Shown: one piece after another, positions 1 to 10,764 of the stretch | Position numbering within the stretch: position 1 is the stretch's first letter | Layout: the number at the start of each line of letters is the position of its first letter | DNA from: Hyphomicrobiales bacterium | Lineage (GTDB): Bacteria; Pseudomonadota; Alphaproteobacteria; SPJN01 | NCBI GenBank assembly: GCA_006844605.1 | Contig: SPJN01000003.1 | Location: forward strand, 120,019-184,018 | Direction: 5' to 3' | DNA: 64,000 nt | Made by a program: the position numbers and the translations under genes | The notes under the pieces: generated by a model | What the model was told of the DNA's origin: nothing | The model's database searches: none | The model's input: the letters and a program-made list of their open reading frames with translations, nothing else

Positions 1-262
1 ACTTTGGCATAGTTACCGCAAGCGCCCCCTTACGAAGATCAAAGGCACAGGTCGTGTAAGCCAAGTCCGGCGCAGGACGCACAACAGTTCTAGATGTTTG
101 ATCAACCTTGGGGGCCTGATAAATCTCATTCACGCCATTTTGCTGTGACGCGCCAATAATGACCGCGCCCATCAGGACGTAAGGCACCAGCCACACCAAT
201 ACAAAATGCAGACCGACAGCCGCAAATACTGTCCAAACAATCCATTTTAGAAAACCGCTCAT
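1..262 (-). CDS. DUF1254-like protein, partial (runs off the window start)
   Basis: Not in the ORF track. ATG at 262 overlaps the upstream TGA (ATGA coupling). Reads MSGFLKWIVWTVFAAVGLHFVLVWLVPY...VVRPAPDLAYTTCAFDLRKGAL with no stop. The P.PDL.Y..C.FDL motif and pairing with a DUF1214 gene support the call. Confidence 0.7.
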   Translation of the reverse strand, partial: MSGFLKWIVWTVFAAVGLHFVLVWLVPYVLMGAVIIGASQQNGVNEIYQAPKVDQTSRTVVRPAPDLAYTTCAFDLRKGALAVTMPK

Positions 263-837
263 TTGCATGTCTCCTTTTTGATGGAGGGTAAGGGCGTGCT
301 GTCAGGTGCCGAATAGACTGACGCACCGGGATTATAAAGCCGAAGCGTCAAGGAAAATGGCGAGCCTGCATTGCGCGAACTGATCCAGTTTACCGGCTGC
401 GCCTTTGGTGAGACGACGGCATGGAAATGGCCCGGGCGTGTGCGCGTCACCGTGGTTTGCGCAACAGATGGGCGATTATCATCATTCCGCACCAGATAAT
501 TATCGAGCGCGTAGATCGTCATGCTCCACCATCGTGTGTCTGGGTCAGGCCCTTCAACACGATAGGTGCAATCCTCGGTCAGTGTATCGCCATCTGAATC
601 CTGAAACGCTGTATAATAAATCGTTTCTTCCTTTGACAGCGCCAACAACCCACCAATGGCAACAGCGGCCTTTGTATACATATCCGCGTCTGCACTGCCG
701 ACAGTCAAACTGGTTGACCACGGGCCGTTATCAATACCACGGTCACGAATGCCGATGCCCACCGTCACAACGACGCTAGCAATGGCAAGCACGGCAGCAA
801 CCACCAAGCCTGCCAAAATTGCAGCAAATTTCCTCAT
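259..837 (-). CDS. DUF1214 domain protein with N-terminal TM helix
   Basis: Motifs AFQDSDGDTL..DCTYRVEG, RWWSMTIY, FSLTLRLYNP; ATG 837 with G-rich SD. Confidence 0.8.
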   Translation of the reverse strand: MRKFAAILAGLVVAAVLAIASVVVTVGIGIRDRGIDNGPWSTSLTVGSADADMYTKAAVAIGGLLALSKEETIYYTAFQDSDGDTLTEDCTYRVEGPDPDTRWWSMTIYALDNYLVRNDDNRPSVAQTTVTRTRPGHFHAVVSPKAQPVNWISSRNAGSPFSLTLRLYNPGASVYSAPDSTPLPSIKKETCK

Positions 838-861
838 CACTTCCCCCAAGAAAATGAAAAA

Positions 862-2586
862 TTAGATGTCGGCATAGCAGCGAATTTCTGCTGCGCCGCC
901 CGGATGTGTCACTGCACCCTTGCGAGCCGGACCAACCGTCTGCTTGTATTTCCACAACGTGCCATTGCCGAATTGAGCTGCAGGCTCTTTCCAATCCTTG
1001 CGGCGGGCCTCAAGCTCGTCATCGGTTAGATCAACTGTGATGGTCCCTTCTTCGGCATCAATGGTGATCATGTCACCATCTTTCAGCAAGCCGATCGGGC
1101 CGCCAACGGCAGCTTCGGGGCCAACGTGACCGATGCAGAACCCGCGTGTCGCACCAGAGAAACGGCCATCTGTGATCAAGGCAACCTTGTCACCCATGCC
1201 CTGCCCGTAAAGTGCGGACGTAGTGGACAACATCTCGCGCATACCGGGACCACCCTTTGGGCCTTCGTTCCGGATGACGATGACATCGCCTTCGGCATAG
1301 TTTTCGTTTTCCACGGCTGCGAAGGCATCTTCTTCACACTCAAACACACGTGCCGGACCAGTGAAAATCAGCTTTTCCATCCCGGCAACTTTCACGATTG
1401 CGCCTTCTGGGGCCAGATTGCCTTGCAGTCCAACAACGCCGCCCGTTGGAGTGATCGGGTTTGTTACCGGATAGATCACGTTCTGGTTGGCGTTGAATTC
1501 AATCCCTTCCAGGTTTTCTTCCAGCGTCTTGCCGGTTACCGTCAGGCAATCGCCGTGCAGGAAACCGCCATCAAGCAATGTCCGCAGCAGAACCGGCACG
1601 CCGCCGGCCTCATACATATCCTTGGCAACATAGGCCCCGCCCGGTTTCAGGTCGGCAATGTAAGGTGTTTTCTTGAAAATTTCGGCAACATGCATCAGGT
1701 CAAAATCAATGCCCGCCTCATGGGCCATCGCAGGCAAGTGAAGACCGCCATTGGTTGACCCGCCGGTTGCCGCAACGACAGTTGCAGCATTTTCAAGGCT
1801 TTTACGCGTCACGATATCGCGCGGACGGATATTCCGGGCAATCAGGTCCATGACCGCCTCGCCTGATTTTTCGGCATATTGGTCACGGCTTTCATAGGGC
1901 GCAGGTGCCCCGGATGATAGCGGCAGGGCAAGGCCGATAGCCTCTGACACGCATGCCATAGTGTTGGCCGTGAACTGACCGCCACATGCACCGGCAGACG
2001 GACACGCAACACATTCCAGCTCATGCAACTCTTCATCATCCATATTGCCTGCTGAATGCTGACCGACAGCTTCAAACACATCAAGGACGGTAACGTCCTT
2101 ACCCCTGTGTGACCCCGGCAGGATTGACCCGCCATACATAAACACAGACGGCACGTTCAAACGGATCATTGCCATCATCATGCCCGGCAGGCTTTTGTCA
2201 CATCCGGCAATTCCGACCAAGGCGTCATAGCAATGCCCGCGCATGGTCAATTCGATGGAGTCTGCAATAACCTCACGCGAGACAAGCGAGCTTTTCATCC
2301 CCTCATGCCCCATGGCGATGCCATCGGTCACAGTGATCGTGCAAAATTCACGCGGTGTGCCGCCAGCCGTGGCAACACCCTTTTTCGCTTCCTGCGCCTG
2401 ACGCATCAAGGAAATGTTACAGGGCGCAGCCTCGTTCCATGCAGAAACAACGCCGACAAATGGCTGATTGATTTCTTCCTCTGTCATGCCCATGGCATAA
2501 TAGTAAGACCGATGGGGTGACCGTTCAGGCCCGACCGAAACATGACGGCTGGGCAATTTGGTTTTATCAAAGGTATTGTTTGTCAT
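862..2586 (-). CDS. ilvD: dihydroxy-acid dehydratase
   Basis: PCN, TDG, CDKS, GGSTN, GPGMREM and TDGRFSG motifs; 574 aa. Confidence 0.97.
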   Translation of the reverse strand: MTNNTFDKTKLPSRHVSVGPERSPHRSYYYAMGMTEEEINQPFVGVVSAWNEAAPCNISLMRQAQEAKKGVATAGGTPREFCTITVTDGIAMGHEGMKSSLVSREVIADSIELTMRGHCYDALVGIAGCDKSLPGMMMAMIRLNVPSVFMYGGSILPGSHRGKDVTVLDVFEAVGQHSAGNMDDEELHELECVACPSAGACGGQFTANTMACVSEAIGLALPLSSGAPAPYESRDQYAEKSGEAVMDLIARNIRPRDIVTRKSLENAATVVAATGGSTNGGLHLPAMAHEAGIDFDLMHVAEIFKKTPYIADLKPGGAYVAKDMYEAGGVPVLLRTLLDGGFLHGDCLTVTGKTLEENLEGIEFNANQNVIYPVTNPITPTGGVVGLQGNLAPEGAIVKVAGMEKLIFTGPARVFECEEDAFAAVENENYAEGDVIVIRNEGPKGGPGMREMLSTTSALYGQGMGDKVALITDGRFSGATRGFCIGHVGPEAAVGGPIGLLKDGDMITIDAEEGTITVDLTDDELEARRKDWKEPAAQFGNGTLWKYKQTVGPARKGAVTHPGGAAEIRCYADI

Positions 2587-2595
2587 GATCTGTCC

Positions 2596-5262
2596 TCAAG
2601 TAACGTCTTCTAGGCGGGCAAGGGCATCTTTCAGCCGCGCCGCGTTTTCTTCTAATTCTACTTTCTTGGCACGCTCCAGCGCCACAACATGTTCCGGCGC
2701 CTTGGCGATAAATTTTTCATTATTCAGCTTACCATCAATCCGTGCGATCAGCCCAGAAAGCTTATCAATTTCCTTGGCAAGGCGGGCCTGTTCAGCCCCC
2801 AAATCCATCACGTCAGCAACAGGTAGGAACAGGCTGGCCCCAGCCGCAACTGTTTGAATGGCCCCTTTGGGCGCATCCTCTGTTGTACTGGCAATATCAT
2901 TTAGCCGCGCCATACGGCTGATCAGGGCATCATGGCGCTGCACAGCAACCCAATCATCATCCGACAACCCCTTGACCAATAACGGCACTTTTGCGCCTGC
3001 GGGCACGTTCATTTCTGAACGGACAGAGCGGATTTCGTTAATCAGCTCAATGACCATAGCCATTTCACTATCGGCAGCCTCGTCCGCCGCATGGGTATAT
3101 GACGGCCAATCAGCAAGGATCAACATGGTGTCTCGGCCACCGGCCTGCTCCCCAATGCGCTGCCACAATTCTTCGGTGATAAAGGGCGAGAACGGATGCA
3201 GCATGACCAAAATTTGATCCAACACCCATGCAGCCATCGCCTTGGTTTCAGTTTTGGCAGCCTCGTCATCGCTGTTCAACAGCGGCTTGATAAACTCAAG
3301 ATACCAGTCGCAATAGATGTTCCAGATAAAGCGGTAAAGACCACCTGCGGCTTCATCAAACTTATAGGTTTCCAACGCTTCACGAATTGTCTGCTCAGTC
3401 CGCGCAACCTCGCCGGCAATCCAGCGATTGACTGGCTGCGTCGCTGCGGCGGGGTCAAACCCGGCAACGGGAAATGCCTCGTTCATTTCACAAAACCGCG
3501 CCGCATTCCAAAGTTTGGTCCCAAAATTGCGATAGCCTTCTATGCGGCTTTCATCAAGCTTGATGTCACGGCCCTGTGCCGCCATCGCCGCCAAGGTAAA
3601 GCGTAATGCATCCGCACCGTACTGACCGATCAGCTCCAGCGGATCAACGACATTACCCTTTGACTTGGACATTTTCTGGCCGTTCTTGTCACGGACAAGC
3701 GCGTGGACATAAATATCGGCAAAGGGTTCTTCGCCCGTGAACTCAAGCCCCTGCATCATCATGCGGGCAACCCAGAAGAAAATAATGTCAAAGCCCGTCA
3801 CCAATACAGATGTCGGGTAATAACGCTTCAGCTCATCGGTTTGTTCAGGCCAGCCAAGGGTAGAGAACGGCCACAAGGCGGACGAGAACCACGTGTCGAG
3901 CACGTCCTCATCCTGTGCCAGTTCAACAGACTTGCCGTAATGCGCTTCGGCTGCCGCATTGGCTTTGTCTTCGGTTTCCTCAACAAAGACAGTGCCGTCA
4001 GGGCCATACCAAGCCGGAATTTGATGCCCCCACCACAGTTGGCGTGACACACACCATGGCTGGATATTACGCATCCATTCAAAATAGGTCTTTTCCCAGT
4101 TTTTGGGGACAAAGCGTGTGCGCTCTTGTTCAACCGATTCAAGGGCAGGCTTGGCCAGCGTCGGCGCGTCTACATACCATTGGTCGGTCAAGTATGGTTC
4201 AATCACAACATCAGACCGGTCGCCATAGGGCACCATCAAGGTGTGATCCTCAACCTTCTCAAGAAGGCCCAAGGCGTCGATATCCTCGATGATTTTTTTA
4301 CGCGCCGCAAACCGTTCCATACCACGATAGGCCTCTGGAACCTCGTCGTTCAGATTGGCGTGCTCATCCAGAATATTAATCTGTGCCAGCCCGCAGCGTT
4401 TGCCAACTTCAAAGTCATTAAAGTCATGCGCAGGCGTGATCTTCACCGCGCCAGAACCCTGTTCAGGGTCAGCATAGCTGTCGGCAACAATCGGAATTTC
4501 ACGGCCAACCAATGGCAGCGTAACAGTTTTACCAATCAATGCCTTGTACCGTTCATCATCAGGATGAACCGCAACACCGCTATCACCCAACATGGTTTCC
4601 GGGCGCGTTGTGGCAACAGTGATGTGACCGGACCCATCCGTCAGCGGATAGCGGAAGTGCCACATGCTGCCCTGCACTTCCTTGTTTACCACTTCCAAAT
4701 CGGAAATCGCTGTCAGGAATTTGGGGTCCCAGTTCACCAGACGCTTATCGCGGTAGATCAAATCCTTTTTGTGAAGGGCAACAAACACCTTACGGACGGC
4801 GGCAGACAACCCGTCATCCATGGTAAAGCGTTCACGGCTCCAGTCACATGATGCCCCAAGGCGGCGTAGTTGACGGGTGATCGTGCCGCCGGATTCTTCT
4901 TTCCAGTCCCAGACAAGCTCGACAAACTTATCACGGCCCATCTCACGACGGGTCGGCCCACCCTGTTGGGCGATATTCCGTTCCACAACCATTTGCGTGG
5001 CGATACCCGCATGGTCTGTGCCCGGCTGCCACAACACATCCTTGCCGCGCAGACGTTCAAAACGGGTCAGAACATCCTGCAACGTATTGTTCAACGCATG
5101 GCCCATATGGAGCGAGCCGGTGACATTCGGCGGCGGTATCACGATCGAAAAGCTGTCAGCGCCGGGTTTTGCGCCCGCGCCGGCCTTAAACGCACCGGAT
5201 TCTTCCCACGACTTGTACAGCCGCTCTTCAACCTCTTGAGGATTAAAACTTTTGTCGATCAT
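2596..5262 (-). CDS. valS: valine--tRNA ligase
   Basis: PPPNVTGSLHMGH, KMSKS, DTWFSS and C-terminal coiled coil; 888 aa. Confidence 0.98.
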   Translation of the reverse strand: MIDKSFNPQEVEERLYKSWEESGAFKAGAGAKPGADSFSIVIPPPNVTGSLHMGHALNNTLQDVLTRFERLRGKDVLWQPGTDHAGIATQMVVERNIAQQGGPTRREMGRDKFVELVWDWKEESGGTITRQLRRLGASCDWSRERFTMDDGLSAAVRKVFVALHKKDLIYRDKRLVNWDPKFLTAISDLEVVNKEVQGSMWHFRYPLTDGSGHITVATTRPETMLGDSGVAVHPDDERYKALIGKTVTLPLVGREIPIVADSYADPEQGSGAVKITPAHDFNDFEVGKRCGLAQINILDEHANLNDEVPEAYRGMERFAARKKIIEDIDALGLLEKVEDHTLMVPYGDRSDVVIEPYLTDQWYVDAPTLAKPALESVEQERTRFVPKNWEKTYFEWMRNIQPWCVSRQLWWGHQIPAWYGPDGTVFVEETEDKANAAAEAHYGKSVELAQDEDVLDTWFSSALWPFSTLGWPEQTDELKRYYPTSVLVTGFDIIFFWVARMMMQGLEFTGEEPFADIYVHALVRDKNGQKMSKSKGNVVDPLELIGQYGADALRFTLAAMAAQGRDIKLDESRIEGYRNFGTKLWNAARFCEMNEAFPVAGFDPAAATQPVNRWIAGEVARTEQTIREALETYKFDEAAGGLYRFIWNIYCDWYLEFIKPLLNSDDEAAKTETKAMAAWVLDQILVMLHPFSPFITEELWQRIGEQAGGRDTMLILADWPSYTHAADEAADSEMAMVIELINEIRSVRSEMNVPAGAKVPLLVKGLSDDDWVAVQRHDALISRMARLNDIASTTEDAPKGAIQTVAAGASLFLPVADVMDLGAEQARLAKEIDKLSGLIARIDGKLNNEKFIAKAPEHVVALERAKKVELEENAARLKDALARLEDVT

Positions 5263-5332
5263 AACATATCCATCGTGTCCGCTTCGCCCGGTTTGGCTAT
5301 CGGATCACTTCATTCCACATTGATTGAGGGTT

Positions 5333-5806
5333 CTACCGATCCAAAGGCCGTTGCGCAATCTCTTCACGCACCACACGGACCACAATATCAGCCAGATTGG
5401 CATCCAGCCAGTCACGGACAAGTGGTGAGAGAATGGCGTCCAAACGCGATTCGATTGCATCAGGAATAGCATCGGGATCGGCCATAAGCGCAGCCTGCAA
5501 CCCTTCGGTCAGGGCTGCTGCAATAGATTGTTCAAGCCCGGCCGCCGGGATCGTATCTTGAGGGGCTGCAGCTGTTGCCTTGTTCGTTGGCGCAACAGAG
5601 GCAACGTCAATATCGCCATCCTGTACAATTTCTGTCAGGTCAAGCACGCCGCGCGCCTTGATAGAGGCCGCAACAGTTTCGTCCTGACGCCGTTCTTCGG
5701 CGGCAAAGCGGCCGCGAATGGCATCAAGAACCGCATCAACCGAATTGTCGGCTGCGTTATCGGCACTTTCCTGTCTGTCGCTGCTCATGCTGGTACGAGC
5801 CACCAA
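5333..5806 (-). CDS. popZ: PopZ/DUF2497 polar organizing protein (start may be ATG 5788)
   Basis: C-terminal LSPLVRDWLDANLADIVVRVVREEI, VLDLTE motif and position between tolC and valS. Confidence 0.85.
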   Translation of the reverse strand: MVARTSMSSDRQESADNAADNSVDAVLDAIRGRFAAEERRQDETVAASIKARGVLDLTEIVQDGDIDVASVAPTNKATAAAPQDTIPAAGLEQSIAAALTEGLQAALMADPDAIPDAIESRLDAILSPLVRDWLDANLADIVVRVVREEIAQRPLDR

Positions 5807-5821
5807 AGTTAAAGAACTGGG

Positions 5822-7204
5822 TCAGTCACCCAAGAAATAGTCAACGGCGCGATCAACCACGCCATCTGCTGCTGCCGGGTCGATAATCGCTACACTAAGC
5901 CCAAGCCCGCGCGCATTCAACAAGCCTGTTGCTGCCAGTAATTGATAGGCTGCCACCGCTTCGTTCTGTACGGCGCGCGCCAACGTCACCTGCGAATCCA
6001 GCAATTCCTGCTGGGCATTCAAGACGTCAAGAGTTGTCCGGACGCCTACCTCAGCCTCCTGCTGCACACCATCAAGAGCTACCTCATTGGCGGACACTTG
6101 ACTTTGTGAGGAGCGAATGGCGGAGCGTGTAGCCATCAAATTATTCCACGCGTTGGTTACGCCTTCCTCAACACCGGCGCGTGCCTCAACAAGCTGATGA
6201 TGTGAACGCATGGCATCATAGGACGCCTGACGGTTTTTGGAATATGTCGTCCCGCCGCTAAAAATCGGCCAGGTTGCGATTGCACGCAACGACTTTTCGC
6301 CGCTTTCCGATCCTTGCAGGGCAGACCCTGACCTTGATTTCTCATATTGCGCTTGCACTACAACTGTAGGCAAATATTCACCAAATGCGACATCTCTAGC
6401 AGCATCAGCAGCACGTAGCGCGGCCTGCGCCTGCGCAACCGATGGATTGTTGGACAAAGCCAAGCCGACAGATTCTTCAAAATCGTTCGGTAATTCCGGC
6501 AACTGGTTAGGAACAACCAAATCAACCGCATTCAAGCCGGTCAACCGAGTGAGCGCAGCTTCACTTGCATTCAAATCGGCACGCGCGGAAATCAGCGCCG
6601 TTTCGACACCTGCCAAACGGGCCTCAGCCTGCGCGACATCAGTTCGTGTAATTTCACCCACATCGAACCGGTCCTGCGCAGCCTCCAACTGGCGGCGAAG
6701 AACATTCACATTAGCTTCATTCAAAGAAACAACCTGCCGGTTCGTCAACACCTGCATAAATGCAGACACTGTTTCCAACAGAACATTTTGTTCAACATTG
6801 GCAAGGCCAGCCGAACCGACATCGACTAACGCATTAACCTGCTTAATCGCATTAATCGTTCGACCACCTGTAAACAACGACTGCTCCGCTTTTGCAGTGT
6901 AAGTTCTAGGCTTTGTGGTCCCCGCTAGAAATCCGTTCGACTTGTTCTTACTGTAGGAATAAGTTGACTGTAAAGTTACCGTCGGCAGCGCATTGCCATA
7001 GGCTTCTGACAATTGTTCATCCGTTTTGGCAAGGTTGGCACGTTCCGCCGCAAGCGTCGGGTTTTTGCCATAGGCCATTTCAAGCGCCTGATTAAGCGTC
7101 ACCGCGTTATTGTCCTGTGCCAGAACAGGCGCAGATGCAACCAAACCGGACACGCCAAGCAGCATAGCCGCAATCAGATGATGTGTTTTGTTACGCTTTG
7201 TCAT
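5822..7204 (-). CDS. tolC: TolC family outer membrane protein
   Basis: Signal peptide, RFDVGEITRTDVAQAEARL and VGVRTTLDVLNAQQEL; pcm-tolC-popZ synteny. Confidence 0.92.
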   Translation of the reverse strand: MTKRNKTHHLIAAMLLGVSGLVASAPVLAQDNNAVTLNQALEMAYGKNPTLAAERANLAKTDEQLSEAYGNALPTVTLQSTYSYSKNKSNGFLAGTTKPRTYTAKAEQSLFTGGRTINAIKQVNALVDVGSAGLANVEQNVLLETVSAFMQVLTNRQVVSLNEANVNVLRRQLEAAQDRFDVGEITRTDVAQAEARLAGVETALISARADLNASEAALTRLTGLNAVDLVVPNQLPELPNDFEESVGLALSNNPSVAQAQAALRAADAARDVAFGEYLPTVVVQAQYEKSRSGSALQGSESGEKSLRAIATWPIFSGGTTYSKNRQASYDAMRSHHQLVEARAGVEEGVTNAWNNLMATRSAIRSSQSQVSANEVALDGVQQEAEVGVRTTLDVLNAQQELLDSQVTLARAVQNEAVAAYQLLAATGLLNARGLGLSVAIIDPAAADGVVDRAVDYFLGD

Positions 7205-7283
7205 TCCAAGCCATCCCCCAAACGGATAGTACGGGCCCTGCCCCGCATGATCCCAAATTCAGACGGGATCGATTCTGTTCTGT

Positions 7284-7937
7284 CTATAGTGCAAATTCCG
7301 GCGCTTTTTCAAAGCCCGGCAGTGGCGGAACAACAGCATCAAAGTCCTGACGCATTCCCACATGGCCATCGGTTTTGGTATAGATAACCGCCTTGCCGAA
7401 TGTGCCATTTGCCAGAAACGCCACTAAACGGCCACCATCGGCCAACTGATCCAACAGGTTTTGCGGCACTTCAGAAACGGCACCTTCAACAAAGATCACG
7501 TCGTAGGGGCCTTGTTTTGCCATGCCCTCAGACAACACACCTTCAACGACTGCGGCATTATCAATGCCCAAATCAGCCAGCGTGTCATTGGCCGCGGTGA
7601 CCAATGCCTCGTCCTCATCAACCGCGATCACACTTTCGGCAAGACCCGCAGCAATGGCGGCGCCATACCCCAACCCGCAACCGACAACTAAAACGGAATC
7701 ATCCGCCTCGATACCGGCAAGCTGTAGCAATTTTGAAAATTGCATCGCAGGAATAAGATAGCGGCCATCTGTGATCAACACAGGCTCGTCCACATAGGCA
7801 AGAGCGCGGCGCGGCTTAGGCACGAATTGTTCCCGTGGAATATCATGCATCCGTGCCGCAATACGCGGATCGGTTACATTGTTTGGCCGTACTTGGCTTT
7901 CGACCATGTTGAAACGCTGTTGGGCAAAATCAGTCAT
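7284..7937 (-). CDS. pcm: protein-L-isoaspartate O-methyltransferase family
   Basis: RFNMVESQVRP, SAM motif VGCGLGY, GPYDVIFVEGAV, QLADGGRLV. Confidence 0.9.
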   Translation of the reverse strand: MTDFAQQRFNMVESQVRPNNVTDPRIAARMHDIPREQFVPKPRRALAYVDEPVLITDGRYLIPAMQFSKLLQLAGIEADDSVLVVGCGLGYGAAIAAGLAESVIAVDEDEALVTAANDTLADLGIDNAAVVEGVLSEGMAKQGPYDVIFVEGAVSEVPQNLLDQLADGGRLVAFLANGTFGKAVIYTKTDGHVGMRQDFDAVVPPLPGFEKAPEFAL

Positions 7938-8199
7938 GTCTAGTCCCGTCTGATCCCGTAAGTTCTTGTCTGAATATGGGAATCCCCATCATTGGCCTTA
8001 CATATAGAGGGGAAACCCCTTTTGGGCCAAGCCAAAAACCCGTGATCCCTACCAAATTACCCGCGACCTTGCCCCGCACCGCCCGTTCCAGCCATCACCC
8101 CACACCCACAGGTAAGCAGGCCATTATACTTGACCTTTCTTGCCCCCTGCCACACTGTTCGGCATCAAAATTACTATGTAGACAATATTGGGGGCAATC

Positions 8200-9972
8200 A
8201 TGTCTGAGAATTATGATCTGTTAATCCGTAATGGCCGCATCGTTGATGGCAGCGGCGCACCCGGCTTTAATGGCGATATCGCCGTAAAAGACGGCAAAAT
8301 CGCTGCAATCTCAAACGGTGAAGCACTGCAAGGTGACGCCACTGAGGTCATTGACGCCGCTGGCAAGGTTATTGCCCCCGGCTGGGTCGATATTCACACC
8401 CATTATGATGGTCAGGTGACGTGGGACCCCTATTTGTCCCCGTCAAGTTGGCATGGTGTGACAACCGTCGTTATGGGCAATTGCGGAGTGGGCTTTGCCC
8501 CCGTGCGCCCAGATGCCCATGATTTCCTGATTGAATTGATGGAGTCGGTTGAGGACATTCCCGGCACCGCCCTTCATGAAGGGATCGACTGGCAGTGGGA
8601 AACCTTCCCCGAATATCTGGATTTTCTCGACAAAATGCCCCGGGTTTTGGACGTTGCCGCCCAAATGCCCCACTGCGCCCTACGCGCCTATGTGCTTGGC
8701 GACCGCGCCCATGATTTGGAGCTGTCACCTGACGAAATCACAAAAATGGCAGAACTGACGAAAGAAGCGCTGGATGCGGGGGCCGTCGGCTTCTCAACCT
8801 CGCGGACGATTCTGCACAGCTCCTCCCACGGTTATGTGCCGGGCACCTATTCCCATCCTGAAGAGCTAGAGACAATTGGTGATGCGATGGGTGCTGCCGG
8901 GCATGGCGTGTTCCAACTGGTTTCAGACAATGTGGGCAAGGCGGATGAAATGGACTGGATTGGCCGTTTCTGCGAAACAACTGGCCGCCCCCTCACCTAC
9001 CTAATGGCACAAAGCCGGGACAATCCAACAGGTTATCTCGATATGCTAGATGACGCCCTGAAGATGCAACAAGACGGGATTAAGATTGTACCGCAGGTGC
9101 CCGCGCGCCCCACCGGGATGTTGTATGGCCTGCAAAGCTCCCTCCATCCTTTTATGTCCCATCCAAGTTACAAGTCCATTGCGGACAAGTCCCATGATGA
9201 GATTGTAGCCGCCATGAAAGATCCAGCATTCAGGGAACAATTGCTTTCCGAAAAGCCAGAGACAACCAATCCGGTTGCCCTGCACCTGTTGACCAACTTT
9301 GCGCAAATGTTCCCGCTGGGTGATCCGCCGGATTATGAACCTGCGCCCGAAACCTCAGTCGCAGCAGTGGCGGACCGCGAGGGCCGCAGCCCCGAAGAGG
9401 TTGCCTATGAATGGATGATGGAACGTGACGGCAAGCAGATGATGTTCTCTCCCCTTGCCAGCTATGTGGATTACAATCTCGATGCCATTGGCAAGATGAT
9501 GGATCATCCGGCCTCAGTCCTTGGGCTGTCTGATGGCGGTGCCCATTGCGGGTTGATTTGCGATGTATCCATGCCGACCTATTTGCTGACCCATTGGGTC
9601 AATGGTCGTGAGCGCGGCGACCGACGCCCGCTGGAGCAGATGGTTCATCTGCAAACCCGCTCGACTGCCCTAGCCTATGGGTTGGATGATCGCGGCTTGC
9701 TGGCCGAAGGGATGAAGGCTGATATCAATATCATTGACCTTGACAATATGCGCCTACACGCCCCTGAAATGGTCAATGACCTGCCATCAGGCGCACGCCG
9801 CCTTGTCCAACGGGCAGATGGCTATCACGTTACCATTTGCAGCGGCGTCGTGACCTATCGCGATGGTGAGGCAACACAGGCTATGCCGGGTAAATTGGTA
9901 CGCGGCACAAAGGACGGCCCTGTAATGGGCGTCAGCTCCGCGGCACTTACCGGCACCATTGCTGCAGAATAA
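8200..9972 (+). CDS. N-acyl-D-amino-acid deacylase family amidohydrolase
   Basis: [39 protein letters not shown]. Confidence 0.9.
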   Translation: MSENYDLLIRNGRIVDGSGAPGFNGDIAVKDGKIAAISNGEALQGDATEVIDAAGKVIAPGWVDIHTHYDGQVTWDPYLSPSSWHGVTTVVMGNCGVGFAPVRPDAHDFLIELMESVEDIPGTALHEGIDWQWETFPEYLDFLDKMPRVLDVAAQMPHCALRAYVLGDRAHDLELSPDEITKMAELTKEALDAGAVGFSTSRTILHSSSHGYVPGTYSHPEELETIGDAMGAAGHGVFQLVSDNVGKADEMDWIGRFCETTGRPLTYLMAQSRDNPTGYLDMLDDALKMQQDGIKIVPQVPARPTGMLYGLQSSLHPFMSHPSYKSIADKSHDEIVAAMKDPAFREQLLSEKPETTNPVALHLLTNFAQMFPLGDPPDYEPAPETSVAAVADREGRSPEEVAYEWMMERDGKQMMFSPLASYVDYNLDAIGKMMDHPASVLGLSDGGAHCGLICDVSMPTYLLTHWVNGRERGDRRPLEQMVHLQTRSTALAYGLDDRGLLAEGMKADINIIDLDNMRLHAPEMVNDLPSGARRLVQRADGYHVTICSGVVTYRDGEATQAMPGKLVRGTKDGPVMGVSSAALTGTIAAE

Positions 9973-9999
9973 CCCAGAAACGAAAGAACCAAGGCCGCC

Positions 10000-10764
10000 A
10001 TGCTCTATCTCGTCCCGACGCCGATCGGCAATCTTGACGACATAACCCTGCGCGGCCTTGATGTCCTGAAACGGGCAGACTTGATCGCGGCAGAGGACAC
10101 GCGCCATACGGCCAAGCTGTTGAACCATTATGCGATTAAGACCCCGCAACAATCCTATCACGAACATAATGAGCAGGCCGTCACACCTAAGTTGATCGAA
10201 AGGTTACAGGCTGGTGAGACGATTGCCGTCGTCACCGATGCGGGCACACCCGGTATTTCAGACCCCGGATACCGCATCATGCGGGCAGCCATTGATGCGG
10301 GCGTTGAAGCAACGGTCTTGCCCGGTGCCAGCGCTGTTGTCCCGGCCATTGTGCTGTCAGGCCTGCAAGTCAGCAGCTTTACCTTTCGGGGGTTTTTGGC
10401 CCGCAAGTCCGGGCGTCGTAAGAACGAGATGCTGGCAGACCAGGACAGCCCACATACGCTTGTGTTCTACGAAGCCCCTTCCCGTGTCCATGAATTTCTA
10501 CGCGATGCGCTGACGGTATATGGCGACCGCGATGTCGCTGTCGTCAACGATATTTCAAAAATGTATGAGGCCGCGTGGCGCGGCCCGATCAGCAAGGTTC
10601 TTGAAGACTTGCCGTCTGAAGATCAACGACTGAAAGGCGAATTTGCCATTGTACTGGCAGGATCAGGGGAAAAGGCGCGCGTTCGCGGTCAACAGGACGT
10701 GAACACCAAACCCAAACGGGTTCGCCGCCATTTGCGCGATAAGCAGGATCAAGAGGCCGATTGA
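10000..10764 (+). CDS. rsmI: 16S rRNA (cytidine1402-2'-O)-methyltransferase
   Basis: LYLVPTPIGNL.DIT.R, AEDTR, DAGTPGISDPG, KGEF. Confidence 0.92.
   Translation: MLYLVPTPIGNLDDITLRGLDVLKRADLIAAEDTRHTAKLLNHYAIKTPQQSYHEHNEQAVTPKLIERLQAGETIAVVTDAGTPGISDPGYRIMRAAIDAGVEATVLPGASAVVPAIVLSGLQVSSFTFRGFLARKSGRRKNEMLADQDSPHTLVFYEAPSRVHEFLRDALTVYGDRDVAVVNDISKMYEAAWRGPISKVLEDLPSEDQRLKGEFAIVLAGSGEKARVRGQQDVNTKPKRVRRHLRDKQDQEAD

Noticed and set aside
6660-6960. Slightly lower GC inside tolC (three hand-counted lines 45-47%)
   Set aside because: The difference from flanks is small and the sample is too limited to claim allele replacement
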